From: Escherichia coli
GTDB lineage: Bacteria > Pseudomonadota > Gammaproteobacteria > Enterobacterales > Enterobacteriaceae
DNA: 64,000 nt
Assembly (NCBI RefSeq): GCF_003334815.1
Contig: NZ_QOWO01000015.1
Direction: 5' to 3' (one strand)
Below are positions 26,163 to 41,488 of this stretch, piece by piece; within the stretch, counting starts at the first letter, position 1; each line of letters begins with the position of its first letter. The position numbers were made by a program, and so were the translations under genes. The notes beneath the pieces were generated by a model. The model was given only the letters and a program-made list of their open reading frames with translations, made no database searches and was not told where the DNA came from.

Positions 26163-29100
26163 TTAAGCGATCGCGTTCTCTTCCAGTTCACGCATAAACT
26201 GGCGTACCCATTCGATACGCGTTTTCCGCTCACTCAAATCCTGAATAAATTTCAGGCGCGTCGGACCATCAAGGCGGTAATGCTGCGGCTGTTTTTGCAG
26301 CAAACCAATCAACCAGGCCGGATTAACGTGATTCTTCTCGGCAAATTCGATCACCCCGCCTTTCTCATTACCTTCCAGCTTCCTGATCCCCAGTTTCTGC
26401 GCTTGCTGGCGCAGACGGGCAATATCCAGCAGGGTACGCGCCGGATCTGGCAGCAGGCCGAAGCGATCGATAAGCTCGACTTTGATCTCTTCCAGTTCGT
26501 TTTCCGTTTTGGCGCTGGCAATACGTTTGTAGAACGACAGACGCGTGTTCACGTCAGGGATGAAATCATCTGGCAATAGCGACGGCATCCGCAGCTCGAC
26601 TTCTGTTTGCTGGCTGGTGAGATCTTCCAGCGACGGCTCGCGTCCGGCTTTCAGTGCATCGACGGCGTTTTCCAGCAACTCCATATACAGCGAGAAACCG
26701 ATGGTTTCCATTGAGCCGCTTTGTTCTTCGCCAAGCAGTTCACCCGCGCCGCGAATCTCCAGATCGTGCGTTGCCAGCGCAAAACCTGCCCCGAGATCTT
26801 CCAGCGAGGCAATTGCTTCAAGACGTTTTTGTGCATCGGTAGTCATCGCTTTTGGATGCGGTGTCAGCAACCATGCATATGCCTGATGATGCGAACGTCC
26901 GACGCGACCGCGTAACTGGTGCAGCTGCGCCAGACCGAAGTGATCCGCGCGTTCAATGATAATAGTGTTGGCTGTCGGGATGTCGATCCCGGTTTCGATA
27001 ATGGTTGTACAAACCAGCACGTTGAAACGTTGATGATGGAAATCATTCATCACCCGTTCCAGTTCGCGCTCGCGCATCTGCCCGTGACCGATGGCGATCC
27101 GCGCTTCTGGCACCAGTTCTGCCAGCCGTTCGGCGGCTTTCTGAATGTTTTCCACATCATTGTAGAGATAATAAACCTGTCCTCCGCGCAAAATTTCACG
27201 CAGGATCGCCTCCCGGACCACCATGCTGTCATACTCACGGACAAAGGTTTTAACTGCCAGACGACGGGCGGGCGGCGTGGCGATAATCGACAGGTCACGC
27301 ATTCCGCTCATTGCCATATTCAGCGTACGTGGGATCGGCGTTGCAGTAAGCGTCAGAATATCCACGTTCGCGCGCATCGCTTTAATGCGCTCTTTATGAC
27401 GCACCCCGAAGCGGTGTTCTTCATCGACAATCAGCAGGCCTAAATCTTTAAACTTGACGTCACTTTGCAGCAGTTTGTGCGTACCGATCAGAATATCGAT
27501 TTTCCCTTCCGCCACTTCCGCAAGGATTTGCGTCTGCTCTTTGGCGCTGCGGAAACGGGAGATCATTTCGATACGTACCGGCCAGTTGGCGAAACGGTCG
27601 CGGAAGTTGTCGTAATGCTGCTGCGCGAGAAGGGTGGTAGGCACCAGCACCGCCACCTGCTTGTGGTTATCTACTGCCAGGAAAGCTGCGCGCATCGCCA
27701 CTTCTGTTTTACCAAAGCCAACATCGCCGCACACCAGACGATCCATTGCCAGCGGCTGACACATGTCGCTAAGTACCGCATTAATGGCCTGCGCCTGATC
27801 CGGCGTGGTTTCAAACGGGAAGCTGTCGCAGAACAACTGATACTGCTCACGATCGTGTTTAAACGCGAAGCCCTCTTTGGCGGCGCGTTGCGCGTAGATA
27901 TCCAGCAATTCCGCCGCCACATCACGCACTTTTTCCGCCGCTTTCTGCCGCGCGCGTGACCACGCATCGCCGCCAAGTTTATGCAGCGGGGCGTTTTCTT
28001 CCGCGCCACCTGCGTAACGGCTAATCAGATGCAGTGACGACACCGGAACATACAGTTTGGCGTCGTTGGCATAGGTGAGCATCAGATACTCGCCAGTAAT
28101 GCCACCCGCTTCCAGCGTGGTCATTCCGGCATAACGACCGACGCCGTGCTCCAGATGGACCACCGGCTGACCAATATGCAGTTCCGCAAGGTTACGGATC
28201 AGTGTATCGGGGTTGATGGTGCGGCGAGAATCCTGACGACGACGGGCAACGCGTTCACCGAGCAGATCGCTTTCGCAAATCAGCGCCAGATTACGCACCG
28301 TATCGACAAAACCATGTTCGGCAGCGCCAATCATCAGATAACGCCCACGGTCGCTGGCTTCATCAAGACGCATAATGCGTTGCGGAGCAATTTTAATTCG
28401 TGCGAGCAGTTCACCCAGCGCTTCACGGCGACCTTCACTTTCTACCGAGAACACCACCGGACCGTCGAAAGTCTCGAGGAACTTACGCAGCGCATCCAGC
28501 GGCGCTTTTTGTTGTGCCTGAACGGCCAGGTCTGGCAGTTTCTGGAAACCTAAATTGGCATTCGCGGCTTTTGTCGGTAAATGTTCAGTTTTTAGCTGCA
28601 CCCGGGGCCAGTTTTTCAGCTCTGAGAAGAGCTCGTCCACCCGCAGCCAGAGCGATTGTGGTGGCAACAGCGGGCGCATCGGATCGACGCCGCGATTCTC
28701 AAAACGCGCCAGCGTGTCAGCCTGGAAACGTTCGGCACTGGTTTCCAGATCGCCAGTATTCACGAGCAAGGTATTGGCAGGGAAATAACTGAACAGCGGC
28801 GGCAGTGGTTCGCTGAAGAACAATGGCTGCCAGTACTCGATCCCGGCAGGTAATGTGCCTTTACTCACTTGCTGGTAAATATGTTCTGGATCGCGCTTCA
28901 CTTCGAAGGTATCGCGCCACTGGCTGCGGAACAGTTCAATTGCCGCTTTATCGGTCGGAAATTCGTGCGCGGGCAGCAGATTGATCGCTTCTACTTCCTC
29001 CAGCGTGCGCTGGCTGTCGACGTCAAACACCCGCAGGCTGTCGATTTCATCATCAAAGAAATCAAGACGATAAGGCAGCTCACTCCCCATCGGGAAGAGA

Positions 29101-29609
29101 TCCAGCAACGCGCCGCGCGTGGCGTATTCGCCGTGCTCCATCACCTGGTCAACATGGCGATAACCGGCGCTGTCCAGTTGGGTTCGTAATGCATCTCGTG
29201 ACAGGCGCTGACCTTTTTTCATCACCAGCGCATGACCGTGGAGAAAACTGTGTGGGCAAACGCGCTGCATAAGCGTATTCACCGGAACAATCAGTACGCC
29301 ACGCTGCATCGTCGGTAGCTGGTAAAGGGTGGAAAGGCGCGAGGAGATAATGTCCTGATGAGGCGAAAAACTGTCGTAGGGAAGAGTTTCCCAGTCCGCC
29401 AGATTCATCACCATTTGATCGGTAAACTGGCTGATTTCATCATGCAAACGCAGAGCATTTTGCATATCTGGTGCAATGAGTACCACCGGACCGGCGTGAC
29501 GTTCGGCAATTTCCGCTACCAGCGTTGCACAGGCTGCGCCGGTTAACTCGCCCAGCAGACGCTGCTCACCCGCTTTGACGGGCAGCGTATAACGATATTG
29601 TTCAGGCAT
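26163..29609 (-). CDS. mfd: Transcription-repair coupling factor, 1148 aa
   Basis: Superfamily-2 helicase motifs (GDVGFGKTEVA, DEEHRFG) with UvrB-homology N-terminal region; start at the internal ATG giving 1148 aa. Confidence 0.93.
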   Translation of the reverse strand: MPEQYRYTLPVKAGEQRLLGELTGAACATLVAEIAERHAGPVVLIAPDMQNALRLHDEISQFTDQMVMNLADWETLPYDSFSPHQDIISSRLSTLYQLPTMQRGVLIVPVNTLMQRVCPHSFLHGHALVMKKGQRLSRDALRTQLDSAGYRHVDQVMEHGEYATRGALLDLFPMGSELPYRLDFFDDEIDSLRVFDVDSQRTLEEVEAINLLPAHEFPTDKAAIELFRSQWRDTFEVKRDPEHIYQQVSKGTLPAGIEYWQPLFFSEPLPPLFSYFPANTLLVNTGDLETSAERFQADTLARFENRGVDPMRPLLPPQSLWLRVDELFSELKNWPRVQLKTEHLPTKAANANLGFQKLPDLAVQAQQKAPLDALRKFLETFDGPVVFSVESEGRREALGELLARIKIAPQRIMRLDEASDRGRYLMIGAAEHGFVDTVRNLALICESDLLGERVARRRQDSRRTINPDTLIRNLAELHIGQPVVHLEHGVGRYAGMTTLEAGGITGEYLMLTYANDAKLYVPVSSLHLISRYAGGAEENAPLHKLGGDAWSRARQKAAEKVRDVAAELLDIYAQRAAKEGFAFKHDREQYQLFCDSFPFETTPDQAQAINAVLSDMCQPLAMDRLVCGDVGFGKTEVAMRAAFLAVDNHKQVAVLVPTTLLAQQHYDNFRDRFANWPVRIEMISRFRSAKEQTQILAEVAEGKIDILIGTHKLLQSDVKFKDLGLLIVDEEHRFGVRHKERIKAMRANVDILTLTATPIPRTLNMAMSGMRDLSIIATPPARRLAVKTFVREYDSMVVREAILREILRGGQVYYLYNDVENIQKAAERLAELVPEARIAIGHGQMRERELERVMNDFHHQRFNVLVCTTIIETGIDIPTANTIIIERADHFGLAQLHQLRGRVGRSHHQAYAWLLTPHPKAMTTDAQKRLEAIASLEDLGAGFALATHDLEIRGAGELLGEEQSGSMETIGFSLYMELLENAVDALKAGREPSLEDLTSQQTEVELRMPSLLPDDFIPDVNTRLSFYKRIASAKTENELEEIKVELIDRFGLLPDPARTLLDIARLRQQAQKLGIRKLEGNEKGGVIEFAEKNHVNPAWLIGLLQKQPQHYRLDGPTRLKFIQDLSERKTRIEWVRQFMRELEENAIA

Positions 29610-29736
29610 AACGGTTGTCAGATTCTCGTTAGGATATGCCTCAACATATGGGGGCATATCTCTGATAAGCAATGCTGTTCATTATCCGTAATCGACATGG
29701 TTTAGCAAATTGAATCGCCCCGGCTGGGGCGATGGC

Positions 29737-30810
29737 TTAGCGGGAGTAACTGACGGCAGCGGGCAGTGAAGGCGGGGAGAACAACAGATCGCTGAATGCA
29801 CGCTGTGAAAGTTTTCTTACCAGCAAGCCCGCAACAGTACAGATGAACAAACTGACAAAGGGATAAACCAGCAGGAGTGTCAGTTCGACTTGCGGCGACC
29901 AGCGTGCTGCGTTCATTTGCGCAAGCAGAGTTAAGCTGAATATTTCAACCAGAATGCGATGGGTGGTGTAGATAGCAATGGTGTTGGAGCCAATCACATT
30001 CAGCAGGCTGGTGGAGCGCATACCGAATCGTTGCTCGTATTGATAAAACAGCTTCATGATCACCACAATCGATACCAGCGACAACAGCAGCGAGATAGTA
30101 AACAACCAGGCACCGACCGCCAGAACGGTAAGCAAAGAAGCCATCAGCAGATGGCGGCGCAACGGCACCTCTTTAACACAGGTCATTATTGTTGCGCCAA
30201 ACCATGCGCCAAGGCTGTAATAAGGCAAATTGCGGATCACACTGTTCATTCCCCACCACGGCGTGGGAACGAAATTAACCGCCACACTCAGCAGTACAAA
30301 CAAGGCGAATAGTGGCAGCGCCAGACGGCTAAAAATTTTACATACCCCGAAATAGACAATTAACGCATACAGATACCACAAGCTGGTGCTGGCGGTGATC
30401 ATCCCGTGCAGGAACTCACCGGTGGAATCGGCATAAGCGGCATTGGAGGCATTGCTTAAATCGCGCTCAGGTGCCAGCCACTGGTTCAGCGCACTTAACG
30501 CCAGCCACTGCACCACGCCCCAAAGCGCCAGCACCCAGAAGATGTTCCAGATCCGTTTATCGAGACAATTTCCCCACGGTACGCTGTCGATATAGCGGCG
30601 AATCAAATAGCCGGATATAAAGAAAAAAACCGGCATACGAAAGGGGGCAAGGTAAAGATTGAAATAGATCCAGCATTTGCTCAGGACTTCCGATAACGGA
30701 TGCTGAAAAGTGGTCAGATGCGGATAAAAGGTAATGACCGAGTGATAAATCACCACCAGACAAATACATAACCCTTTGATCTGGTTAATCCATAGCTCTT
30801 TTTGTTTCAT
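29737..30810 (-). CDS. ycfT: Inner-membrane acyltransferase-3 family protein YcfT, 357 aa
   Basis: Multispanning hydrophobic ORF; position between mfd and lolC. Confidence 0.85.
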   Translation of the reverse strand: MKQKELWINQIKGLCICLVVIYHSVITFYPHLTTFQHPLSEVLSKCWIYFNLYLAPFRMPVFFFISGYLIRRYIDSVPWGNCLDKRIWNIFWVLALWGVVQWLALSALNQWLAPERDLSNASNAAYADSTGEFLHGMITASTSLWYLYALIVYFGVCKIFSRLALPLFALFVLLSVAVNFVPTPWWGMNSVIRNLPYYSLGAWFGATIMTCVKEVPLRRHLLMASLLTVLAVGAWLFTISLLLSLVSIVVIMKLFYQYEQRFGMRSTSLLNVIGSNTIAIYTTHRILVEIFSLTLLAQMNAARWSPQVELTLLLVYPFVSLFICTVAGLLVRKLSQRAFSDLLFSPPSLPAAVSYSR

Positions 30811-30960
30811 CAGGACAACACGCTCTTTTTTAATTTACATGCGGTTGATCCTGCGGGTTATGACCCGAGGTGTAATGGGTATCTGTCTGTATTGGATGAT
30901 TTTTCAGATTAAGATCAGGCGGCAAGATTGATGATAAAACATGGCAATTTAGCCGATTGA

Positions 30961-34209
<3,249 letters not shown>

Positions 34210-34237
34210 AGGCAGTACATTAAAACAAGGAGCGGCA

Positions 34238-35149
34238 ATGTATTACGGGTTTGATATTGGTGGAACAAAAATTGCGCTTGGCGTGTTTGATAGCGGTTGG
34301 CAGTTGCAGTGGGAAAAGCGGGTGCCGACACCGCGTGACAGCTATGACGCATTTTTAGATGCAGTGTGTGAGCTGGTAGCTGAAGCTGACCAACGTTTTG
34401 GCTGTAAAGGTTCTGTCGGCATCGGTATTCCGGGAATGCCGGAAACAGAAGATGGTACGCTGTATGCCGCCAATGTCCCCGCTGCCAGCGGTAAACCGCT
34501 GCGTGCCGACCTGAGCGCACGTCTTGATCGCGATGTACGCCTTGATAACGATGCCAACTGTTTTGCCCTTTCAGAAGCCTGGGATGATGAATTTACTCAA
34601 TATCCACTGGTGATGGGGTTGATTCTCGGCACCGGTGTTGGCGGCGGGCTGATTTTCAACGGCAAACCGATTACCGGTAAAAGCTACATTACCGGCGAGT
34701 TTGGCCATATGCGTCTGCCGGTTGATGCGTTAACCATGATGGGGTTGGATTTCCCGTTACGCCGCTGCGGCTGTGGTCAGCATGGCTGCATTGAAAATTA
34801 TCTGTCTGGTCGCGGTTTTGCGTGGCTGTATCAACACTATTATCATCAACCGTTGCAGGCTCCCGAAATTATTGCGCTTTATGATCAAGGCGATGAGCAG
34901 GCAAGGGCGCACGTTGAGCGTTATCTGGATTTATTAGCGGTTTGTCTGGGAAATATCCTGACCATCGTTGACCCTGACCTGGTCGTCATTGGTGGTGGCT
35001 TATCGAATTTCCCGGCAATCACAACGCAACTGGCGGACAGGCTGCCTCGTCATCTCTTACCTGTAGCTCGTGTTCCGCGCATTGAACGCGCGCGCCACGG
35101 TGATGCGGGAGGAATGCGTGGTGCGGCCTTCCTACATCTAACCGATTAA
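34238..35149 (+). CDS. nagK: N-acetyl-D-glucosamine kinase (ROK family), 303 aa
   Basis: [15 protein letters not shown]... ROK/ASKHA fold with Cys-rich zinc motif (CGCGQHGC). Confidence 0.9.
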   Translation: MYYGFDIGGTKIALGVFDSGWQLQWEKRVPTPRDSYDAFLDAVCELVAEADQRFGCKGSVGIGIPGMPETEDGTLYAANVPAASGKPLRADLSARLDRDVRLDNDANCFALSEAWDDEFTQYPLVMGLILGTGVGGGLIFNGKPITGKSYITGEFGHMRLPVDALTMMGLDFPLRRCGCGQHGCIENYLSGRGFAWLYQHYYHQPLQAPEIIALYDQGDEQARAHVERYLDLLAVCLGNILTIVDPDLVVIGGGLSNFPAITTQLADRLPRHLLPVARVPRIERARHGDAGGMRGAAFLHLTD

Positions 35150-35164
35150 ACAACAGAGGTTGCT

Positions 35165-36004
35165 ATGCTGTCGCGTCGGGGTCATCGGTTAAGTCGTTTT
35201 CGTAAAAATAAACGCCGCCTGCGCGAGCGTTTGCGTCAGCGTATTTTTTTCAGAGATAAAGTGGTGCCGGAAGCAATGGAAAAACCAAGAGTACTCGTAC
35301 TGACAGGGGCAGGAATTTCTGCGGAATCAGGTATTCGTACCTTTCGCGCCGCAGATGGCCTGTGGGAAGAACATCGGGTTGAAGATGTGGCAACGCCGGA
35401 AGGTTTCGATCGCGATCCTGAACTGGTGCAAGCGTTTTATAACGCCCGTCGTCGACAGCTGCAGCAGCCAGAAATTCAGCCTAACGCCGCGCATCTTGCG
35501 CTGGCTAAACTGCAAGACGCCCTCGGCGATCGCTTTTTGCTGGTGACGCAGAATATCGACAACCTGCATGAACGCGCAGGTAATACCAATGTGATTCATA
35601 TGCATGGGGAACTGCTGAAAGTGCGTTGTTCACAAAGTGGTCAGGTTCTCGACTGGACAGGAGACGTTACCCCAGAAGATAAATGCCATTGTTGCCAGTT
35701 TCCGGCACCCTTGCGCCCGCACGTAGTGTGGTTTGGCGAAATGCCACTCGGCATGGATGAAATTTATATGGCGTTGTCGATGGCCGATATTTTCATTGCC
35801 ATTGGCACATCCGGGCATGTTTATCCGGCGGCTGGGTTTGTTCACGAAGCGAAACTGCATGGCGCGCACACCGTGGAACTGAATCTTGAACCGAGTCAGG
35901 TTGGTAATGAATTTGCCGAGAAATATTACGGCCCGGCAAGCCAGGTGGTGCCTGAGTTTGTTGAAAAGTTGCTGAAGGGATTAAAAGCGGGAAGCATTGC
36001 CTGA
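35165..36004 (+). CDS. cobB: NAD-dependent protein deacylase (sirtuin) CobB, long isoform 279 aa
   Basis: Sirtuin motifs ([21 protein letters not shown]) and Zn-Cys pairs; an internal start MEKPRVLV would give the shorter isoform. Confidence 0.92.
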   Translation: MLSRRGHRLSRFRKNKRRLRERLRQRIFFRDKVVPEAMEKPRVLVLTGAGISAESGIRTFRAADGLWEEHRVEDVATPEGFDRDPELVQAFYNARRRQLQQPEIQPNAAHLALAKLQDALGDRFLLVTQNIDNLHERAGNTNVIHMHGELLKVRCSQSGQVLDWTGDVTPEDKCHCCQFPAPLRPHVVWFGEMPLGMDEIYMALSMADIFIAIGTSGHVYPAAGFVHEAKLHGAHTVELNLEPSQVGNEFAEKYYGPASQVVPEFVEKLLKGLKAGSIA

Positions 36005-36115
36005 TGCACTACGCTTATCAGGCCTGCAAGGGGACGCAATTAATTGAATTTGCGGGTTTTGTGGGCCGGATAAGGCGTTCGCGCCCCATCCGGCATAATA
36101 CACGCGCACTTTTCC
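36003..36115. repeat. REP element cluster between cobB and ycfZ
   Basis: Units of the type CTTATCAGGCCTGC and GCCGGATAAGGCGTTCGCGCCCCATCCGGC. Confidence 0.6.
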
Positions 36116-36123
36116 GGCCTCTT

Positions 36124-36912
36124 TTATCGTTTACTCGTCAATAACAATGCGGCAATAAACGTACAGACACCAATTAGCCCTGCCCAGAGTGGCGATATTC
36201 TGGTAATCGCAAAGCTATTATCGATATACAAACATAAAGCCTGATAACCCATATTGGCAATAGTCATCGCCACTGCAAATTTTAACGCATAAATAAAACG
36301 AGTCGTGTAGTAAAAGATCCTGGAAAATAAGATAAACGTCGCAGCCCAGGCGATAAAACCTAATGTGTTGGTGCTGCCGGGGGGAGCATTTTCATGCTGT
36401 TGTCCTGGATGCGGATAATACGTTAGTGGCGGCGTCGATTGTTTTAATATCTGTGCTTGTAGAACAGCCAATGCATTATTGATTCCCTGATACCAGAGAT
36501 CTGCATTTAAATAAGCCAGCGTGTGATTTTCTATCAGAAGGCCGAGATGTTTATCGTCCAGACCACTTTCAACCTGGCCGTTGGTGATCATAATTAACCG
36601 TGGTTCGCGGGTAGTAAATAGTAACAGAACACTTCCTTTTACATCACTCAATGAAGATGACGCATGCGCCAGCATCGCTTTACCATTTTGTCTGAGACTG
36701 GCTTCATTATTAATGTCGGGTAAAACCACAATAAACGGTGCAATTCCCGTTTGTTGGCGAAAAAGCTCGGCTTTATGCGCGATCTCTTCAGCATCTGGTA
36801 CAGTACCGGTAACGTCCGTAAAAAGTGTCTTCATTATTGGAATTAATGGCTTGCTGGCTGCTGTCAGAGGCAGGAGTATCAGTAAACTGAGCAGTATAAT
36901 GAATTTTTTCAT
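36124..36912 (-). CDS. ycfZ: Inner-membrane protein YcfZ, 262 aa
   Basis: Signal/anchor N-terminus and C-terminal transmembrane segments; precedes ymfA on the same strand. Confidence 0.85.
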
Positions 36913-37370
36913 GGGCGGGACTTCCGTTTCCTGCGTGATTTTTTAGAGGAGGGCATACTTATTAATAAACCGACGGCGATAAAAATAACGCCCATAATGC
37001 CGATAAACCCCCATTTAAAAAAATTAACCCACGGGTTATTTATCTCAGCCTTTTCAGGATGCCCGGGAGAATAATAAACATTAACTTTATCGCCTTCGCT
37101 GTCTTCATAAAAATCGCTGCCGATACTCGAATTGAAAATTAGCGTGTAATCTGGCGTCGGTCGAAAGGCAACGACGGGATACCACGAACCATCTTTACCC
37201 GTGCGATGAGAATGACTGGAGTGCCAGACGGTATCAACAATGACGCCTTCGGTATGAATCGCGTCTTTGCTATAGGTGAACTGGTTATAAAAGACAACAA
37301 CAGAAATGAGGATCAGTACCAGACCGATACCGAGGAATATACGAAAGAAAACTTTACTGTCCTGACTCAT
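36909..37370 (-). CDS. ymfA: Inner-membrane protein YmfA (DUF3592)
   Basis: Two-TM small membrane protein; stop overlaps the ycfZ start; start codon ambiguous (37370 or 37379). Confidence 0.8.
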
Positions 37371-37427
37371 TAGCCACATCCTTGCTAACTAAAAAACGGG
37401 CGGTAATACCACCGCCCGCTTGCTGAA

Positions 37428-38474
37428 TTAACGTCCTGCTTTCAGCTTCTGATAATACTCTTCATAAATGCTGCTGGCTGCGCCAACGTCATTCTGCCAT
37501 TCGCCATTTTTAATGGTTTCAGCATCCGGGTAGAGTGTTTTATCGTTCGCCACTTCTGGACTTAACAGCTTACGCGCCGCAAGGTTTGGCGTTGGATAAC
37601 CGATAGTTTCAGCAACCTGTTTTGCCACATCCGGGCGCAGCAGGAAGTTGATCAATTTCAGCGCGCCTTCTTTGTTTTTGGCATTTGCCGGGATCGCCAG
37701 GCTGTCCATCCAGAAAATGCCGCCTTCTTTCGGCCACACCACGTCAATTGGCGTACCCGCCTGGCGTGCAACGAAAGCAGAACCGTTCCAGATCATGCCG
37801 AGGTTAACTTCGCCTTCCATGTACGGGTTCGCCGGGTTATCGGAGTTAAAGGCTGCCACGTTTGGCATCAGTTTTTTCAGCTCGTTATATGCAGCTTCAA
37901 TCTCTTTCGGATCGGTGGTGTTACCGGAGTAGCCCAGCTTACGCAGCGCCATCTGGAACACTTCACGGGCATCGTCGGTCAACAGCAGGCTGCCTTTGTA
38001 CTCTGGCTTCCACAGATCGGCCCAGCTGGTGACAGATTTCGGATCCACCGCATCACCGTTAACACCAATCGCCGTCGCACCCCAGATATACGGAATGGAG
38101 TAGTCGTTATTCGGGTCAAAAGGCTTGTTGAGCATGTCTGGATCGAGATTGCTGAAGTTTGTTAACTTCGACTTGTCGATCTTCTGGATCATCCCTTCTT
38201 TACGCATTTTATCAACGTAATAGGTTGAAGGAACCACCAGATCATAGGCACCGTCTTTGTATGTTTTCAGCTTGGCGTACATGGTTTCGTTCGACTCGTA
38301 AGTCGAATAGATAACCTTAATACCGGTTTCTTTGGTGAACTGTTCAAGCAGTCCTGGCGGCACGTACTCGGTCCAGTTGTAGAAATACAGCGTGTTGTTG
38401 TCATCGGCGTGAGCGGCGCTCATGCCCAGTGCCAGAGCACCCGCCGCGAGCAGGTGGCGTGACCATTTTTTCAT
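37428..38474 (-). CDS. potD: Spermidine/putrescine periplasmic binding protein, 348 aa
   Basis: Signal peptide and polyamine-binding family sequence; last gene of potABCD. Confidence 0.93.
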   Translation of the reverse strand: MKKWSRHLLAAGALALGMSAAHADDNNTLYFYNWTEYVPPGLLEQFTKETGIKVIYSTYESNETMYAKLKTYKDGAYDLVVPSTYYVDKMRKEGMIQKIDKSKLTNFSNLDPDMLNKPFDPNNDYSIPYIWGATAIGVNGDAVDPKSVTSWADLWKPEYKGSLLLTDDAREVFQMALRKLGYSGNTTDPKEIEAAYNELKKLMPNVAAFNSDNPANPYMEGEVNLGMIWNGSAFVARQAGTPIDVVWPKEGGIFWMDSLAIPANAKNKEGALKLINFLLRPDVAKQVAETIGYPTPNLAARKLLSPEVANDKTLYPDAETIKNGEWQNDVGAASSIYEEYYQKLKAGR

Positions 38475-39265
38475 TTAACGTCCCCTGTGTTACCTTTCGT
38501 TTTATCACGAGCAATAAGCTGGCTGGCAATAACCATCACCAGCGACAGCACCAGTAATATGGTTGCCAGCGCGTTAACTTCCGGCGATACGCCGACTTTG
38601 ACCATCGAATAAATTTTTAACGGCAGAATTTCATAACTTGGTCCGGTGACGAACGAAGAAACTACCACATCGTCCATCGACAGGGTAAAGCTTAACACCC
38701 AGCCCGCCGCCACCGCTGGCATTGCCAGTGGCAGAATGATTTTTCGCAGAATGGTAAATTCGCTGGCACCGAGATCTTTCGCCGCTTCCAGCATTCGCAC
38801 GTCAAAACCTTTCAGGCGCGAATACACCGTCACCACCACAAATGGCAGGCAGAAGGTGATATGCGAGAACAGCAGCGACCAGAAGCCAAGCTGAATACCC
38901 AGCAGCATAAACAGCACCAGCAGCGAAATCGCCATCACGATATCTGGTGACATCATCACCACAAACAGCATTCCGCTAACGAACGGCTTACCACGAAAGC
39001 GATAACGGTACAGCGCAACTGCCGTCAGTGAACCGATAAGCGTAGCAAACGTCGCCGAAAACACCGCCATTGTTAGTGAATGCTGCGCTGCCTGTAACAG
39101 GCTGTCGTTGTTCATCAGCAGGCTATACCATTTGGTGGTAAAACCCTGCCAGTTGATGCCAAAGCGCGAGCTGTTAAAGGAGTTCACAATCAAAATAATG
39201 ATTGGGATATACAGGTACGCGTAGATAGCGGTCATAAAACCGCCGCGAAGCAGTCGACCGATCAT
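38471..39265 (-). CDS. potC: Spermidine/putrescine ABC permease PotC, 264 aa
   Basis: ABC permease with EAA-like loop; overlaps potD and potB ends. Confidence 0.92.
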   Translation of the reverse strand: MIGRLLRGGFMTAIYAYLYIPIIILIVNSFNSSRFGINWQGFTTKWYSLLMNNDSLLQAAQHSLTMAVFSATFATLIGSLTAVALYRYRFRGKPFVSGMLFVVMMSPDIVMAISLLVLFMLLGIQLGFWSLLFSHITFCLPFVVVTVYSRLKGFDVRMLEAAKDLGASEFTILRKIILPLAMPAVAAGWVLSFTLSMDDVVVSSFVTGPSYEILPLKIYSMVKVGVSPEVNALATILLVLSLVMVIASQLIARDKTKGNTGDVK

Positions 39266-40119
39266 TCGAGTTCCACCTTCTTATTCAGCAAACGAGAAGC
39301 GCGCCAGTAAACCAGCAACATCAGGCCCATTACGATAGTCAGCGTAATGCTGGTAGCTGCACCAAACGGCCAGTCACGAATATTAAGGAACTGGACCTTG
39401 ATGACGTTACCGATCAGCAGGTTTTTCGCACCGCCCATCAGGTCGGATACATAGAACAGGCCCATCGCTGGCAGCATCACCAGCAGACATCCGGCAATAA
39501 TTCCCGGCATCGTCAGTGGAATAATGATACGGATAAAAGTCTGTAACTTGCTGGCACCGAGATCGCGCGCCGCCTCAAGCAACGGCTTATCCAGTTTTTC
39601 GATACTGGAGTACAGCGGCATCACCATAAACGGCAGCAGAATGTAAACCAGACCGATAATCACCGCACTGGGCGTGAACATGATACGGATTGGTGTGTCG
39701 ATAACGCCCAGCCAGAGCAAAAACTCGTTGAGATAGCCTTTGGTGCTGAGGAAAATTTTCAGCCCGTAGATACGAATTAATGAGTTGGTCCAGAACGGAA
39801 CAATCAGCAGAAACAGCAGCAGCGGACGCACCTTGTGTGGCAACTTCGCCAGAAACCAGGCAAACGGGTAGCCCAGCACCAGGCAGGCGAGGGTGGCGAT
39901 CAGCGCCATATTCAGCGAGTGCAATAGCACTTCAAAATAGAGCGGATCGAGCAGACGCGTGTAGTTATCCAGCGTAAAGACCATTTTGACAAAACTGGCG
40001 TCGTCGCGGGTCAAAAAGCTGGTGCCAATGATCATCAGGTTGGGCAGAAAGACAAACAACACAAGCCAACCGACAATAGTGACAATCACTACATTCTGGA
40101 ACTTACTTGTGTTCTTCAT
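39262..40119 (-). CDS. potB: Spermidine/putrescine ABC permease PotB (start codon ambiguous)
   Basis: ABC permease; longest ORF overlaps the potA 3' end by 17 nt, and a shorter 275-aa form from an internal GTG is possible. Confidence 0.88.
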
Positions 40120-41239
40120 CAGCCAGTACGACCTCCCAGCTTTCTACCCAATTAATGGCCATTTTTTGGTCGAGAGAGTGGTCAAAGTCAGGATCGTCTT
40201 CATTGAAGAATTCGCTGACCATCACCATCTTGCCATTTTCCAGTTCAACAACCGACTCCAGCGTCATGCCTTTGTAGTTACGCTCGCGAACGTAACCAAT
40301 CAGCCCTTCAGCGTGGTTGTCGTCGTTAATCTCTTCAACACGTAAGTCTTCCGGGCGCAGCAGAACATGCAGTTTTTGCCCCGGTTCAACGGCGAAGTTA
40401 ACGTAGATATTACATTCGCGGCCTTCAACGTTGGCGCGTACGCGCTGCTCGTCTAGACGTTCGATGACAGTGGCGTTAAACATATTGATTTCGCCAATGA
40501 AGCCGGCAACAAACAGGTTTTTCGGCTCTTCGTAGATTTCACGCGGCGTGCCGTCTTGCTCAATGCGACCATCGCGCATCACCACAATCCTGTCTGACAT
40601 GGTGAGTGCTTCTTCCTGGTCGTGAGTCACAAAGACGAATGTAATGCCAAGCTTACGCTGTAACGCTTTCAGCTCGTTCTGCATTTGCTTACGCAGTTTG
40701 TAATCCAGCGCTGAGAGCGACTCATCCAGCAACAACAGACGAGGCTTGTTAACCACCGCGCGAGCAATGGCGACGCGTTGCTGTTGACCACCAGAGAGCT
40801 GATGCGGTTTGCGTTGAGCGAAGGTTTCCAACTGCACCATCCGCAGGGCTTCCATCACGCGGGGCGTAATTTCAGCAGCGGGGGTTTTTTGCATGCGCAA
40901 CCCAAAGGCCACATTTTCGAACACGGTCATGTGGGGGAAAAGTGCGTAGCTTTGGAAAACAGTGTTCACATAGCGGTTTTCCGCCGGAACGTGGGTGATG
41001 TCCTCGTTATCCAGCATGATGCGTCCGGAATCAACAGTTTCCAGACCTGCAATCAGGCGAAGAACGGTTGTTTTACCGCAGCCAGAAGGGCCAAGCAGCG
41101 TGAGGAACTCGCCATTGTTGATAGTCAGATCCAGCTGGGGAATGACCTCTTTACCATCAAAGCATTTGCGAATTCCCGCCAATTGCACCAGCGGTGAAAG
41201 CGAACTCGGTTGTTTATTCAATTTTTTACTCTGTCCCAT
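40103..41239 (-). CDS. potA: Spermidine/putrescine ABC transporter ATPase, 378 aa
   Basis: Walker [10 protein letters not shown], signature LSGGQQQR, Walker [14 protein letters not shown]-terminal regulatory domain. Confidence 0.94.
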
Positions 41240-41488
41240 GTAAACGCAACGGATGGCTTACCGATGCGGGGTTTGTGGTTAACCACCTTGGTGACTCTTA
41301 ATGAGGGCGGTAATTCTACGGCAAACCGCTTGAATCGCCAATCTTTGTTGTGAATTACTGGCTTAGCTTTATATTCATTAAGGTAATGCTGATAAATATT
41401 CCCGCTTGCAGGGGTAAAAGTGACCTGACGCAATATTTGTCTTTTCTTGCTTCTTAATAATGTTGTCACAAAAAGTGAGGGTGACTAC

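Noticed and set aside
26106-29546. Numerous 60-175-aa + strand ORFs
   Set aside because: All lie antisense within the mfd coding region; they are artefacts of a long GC-rich gene.
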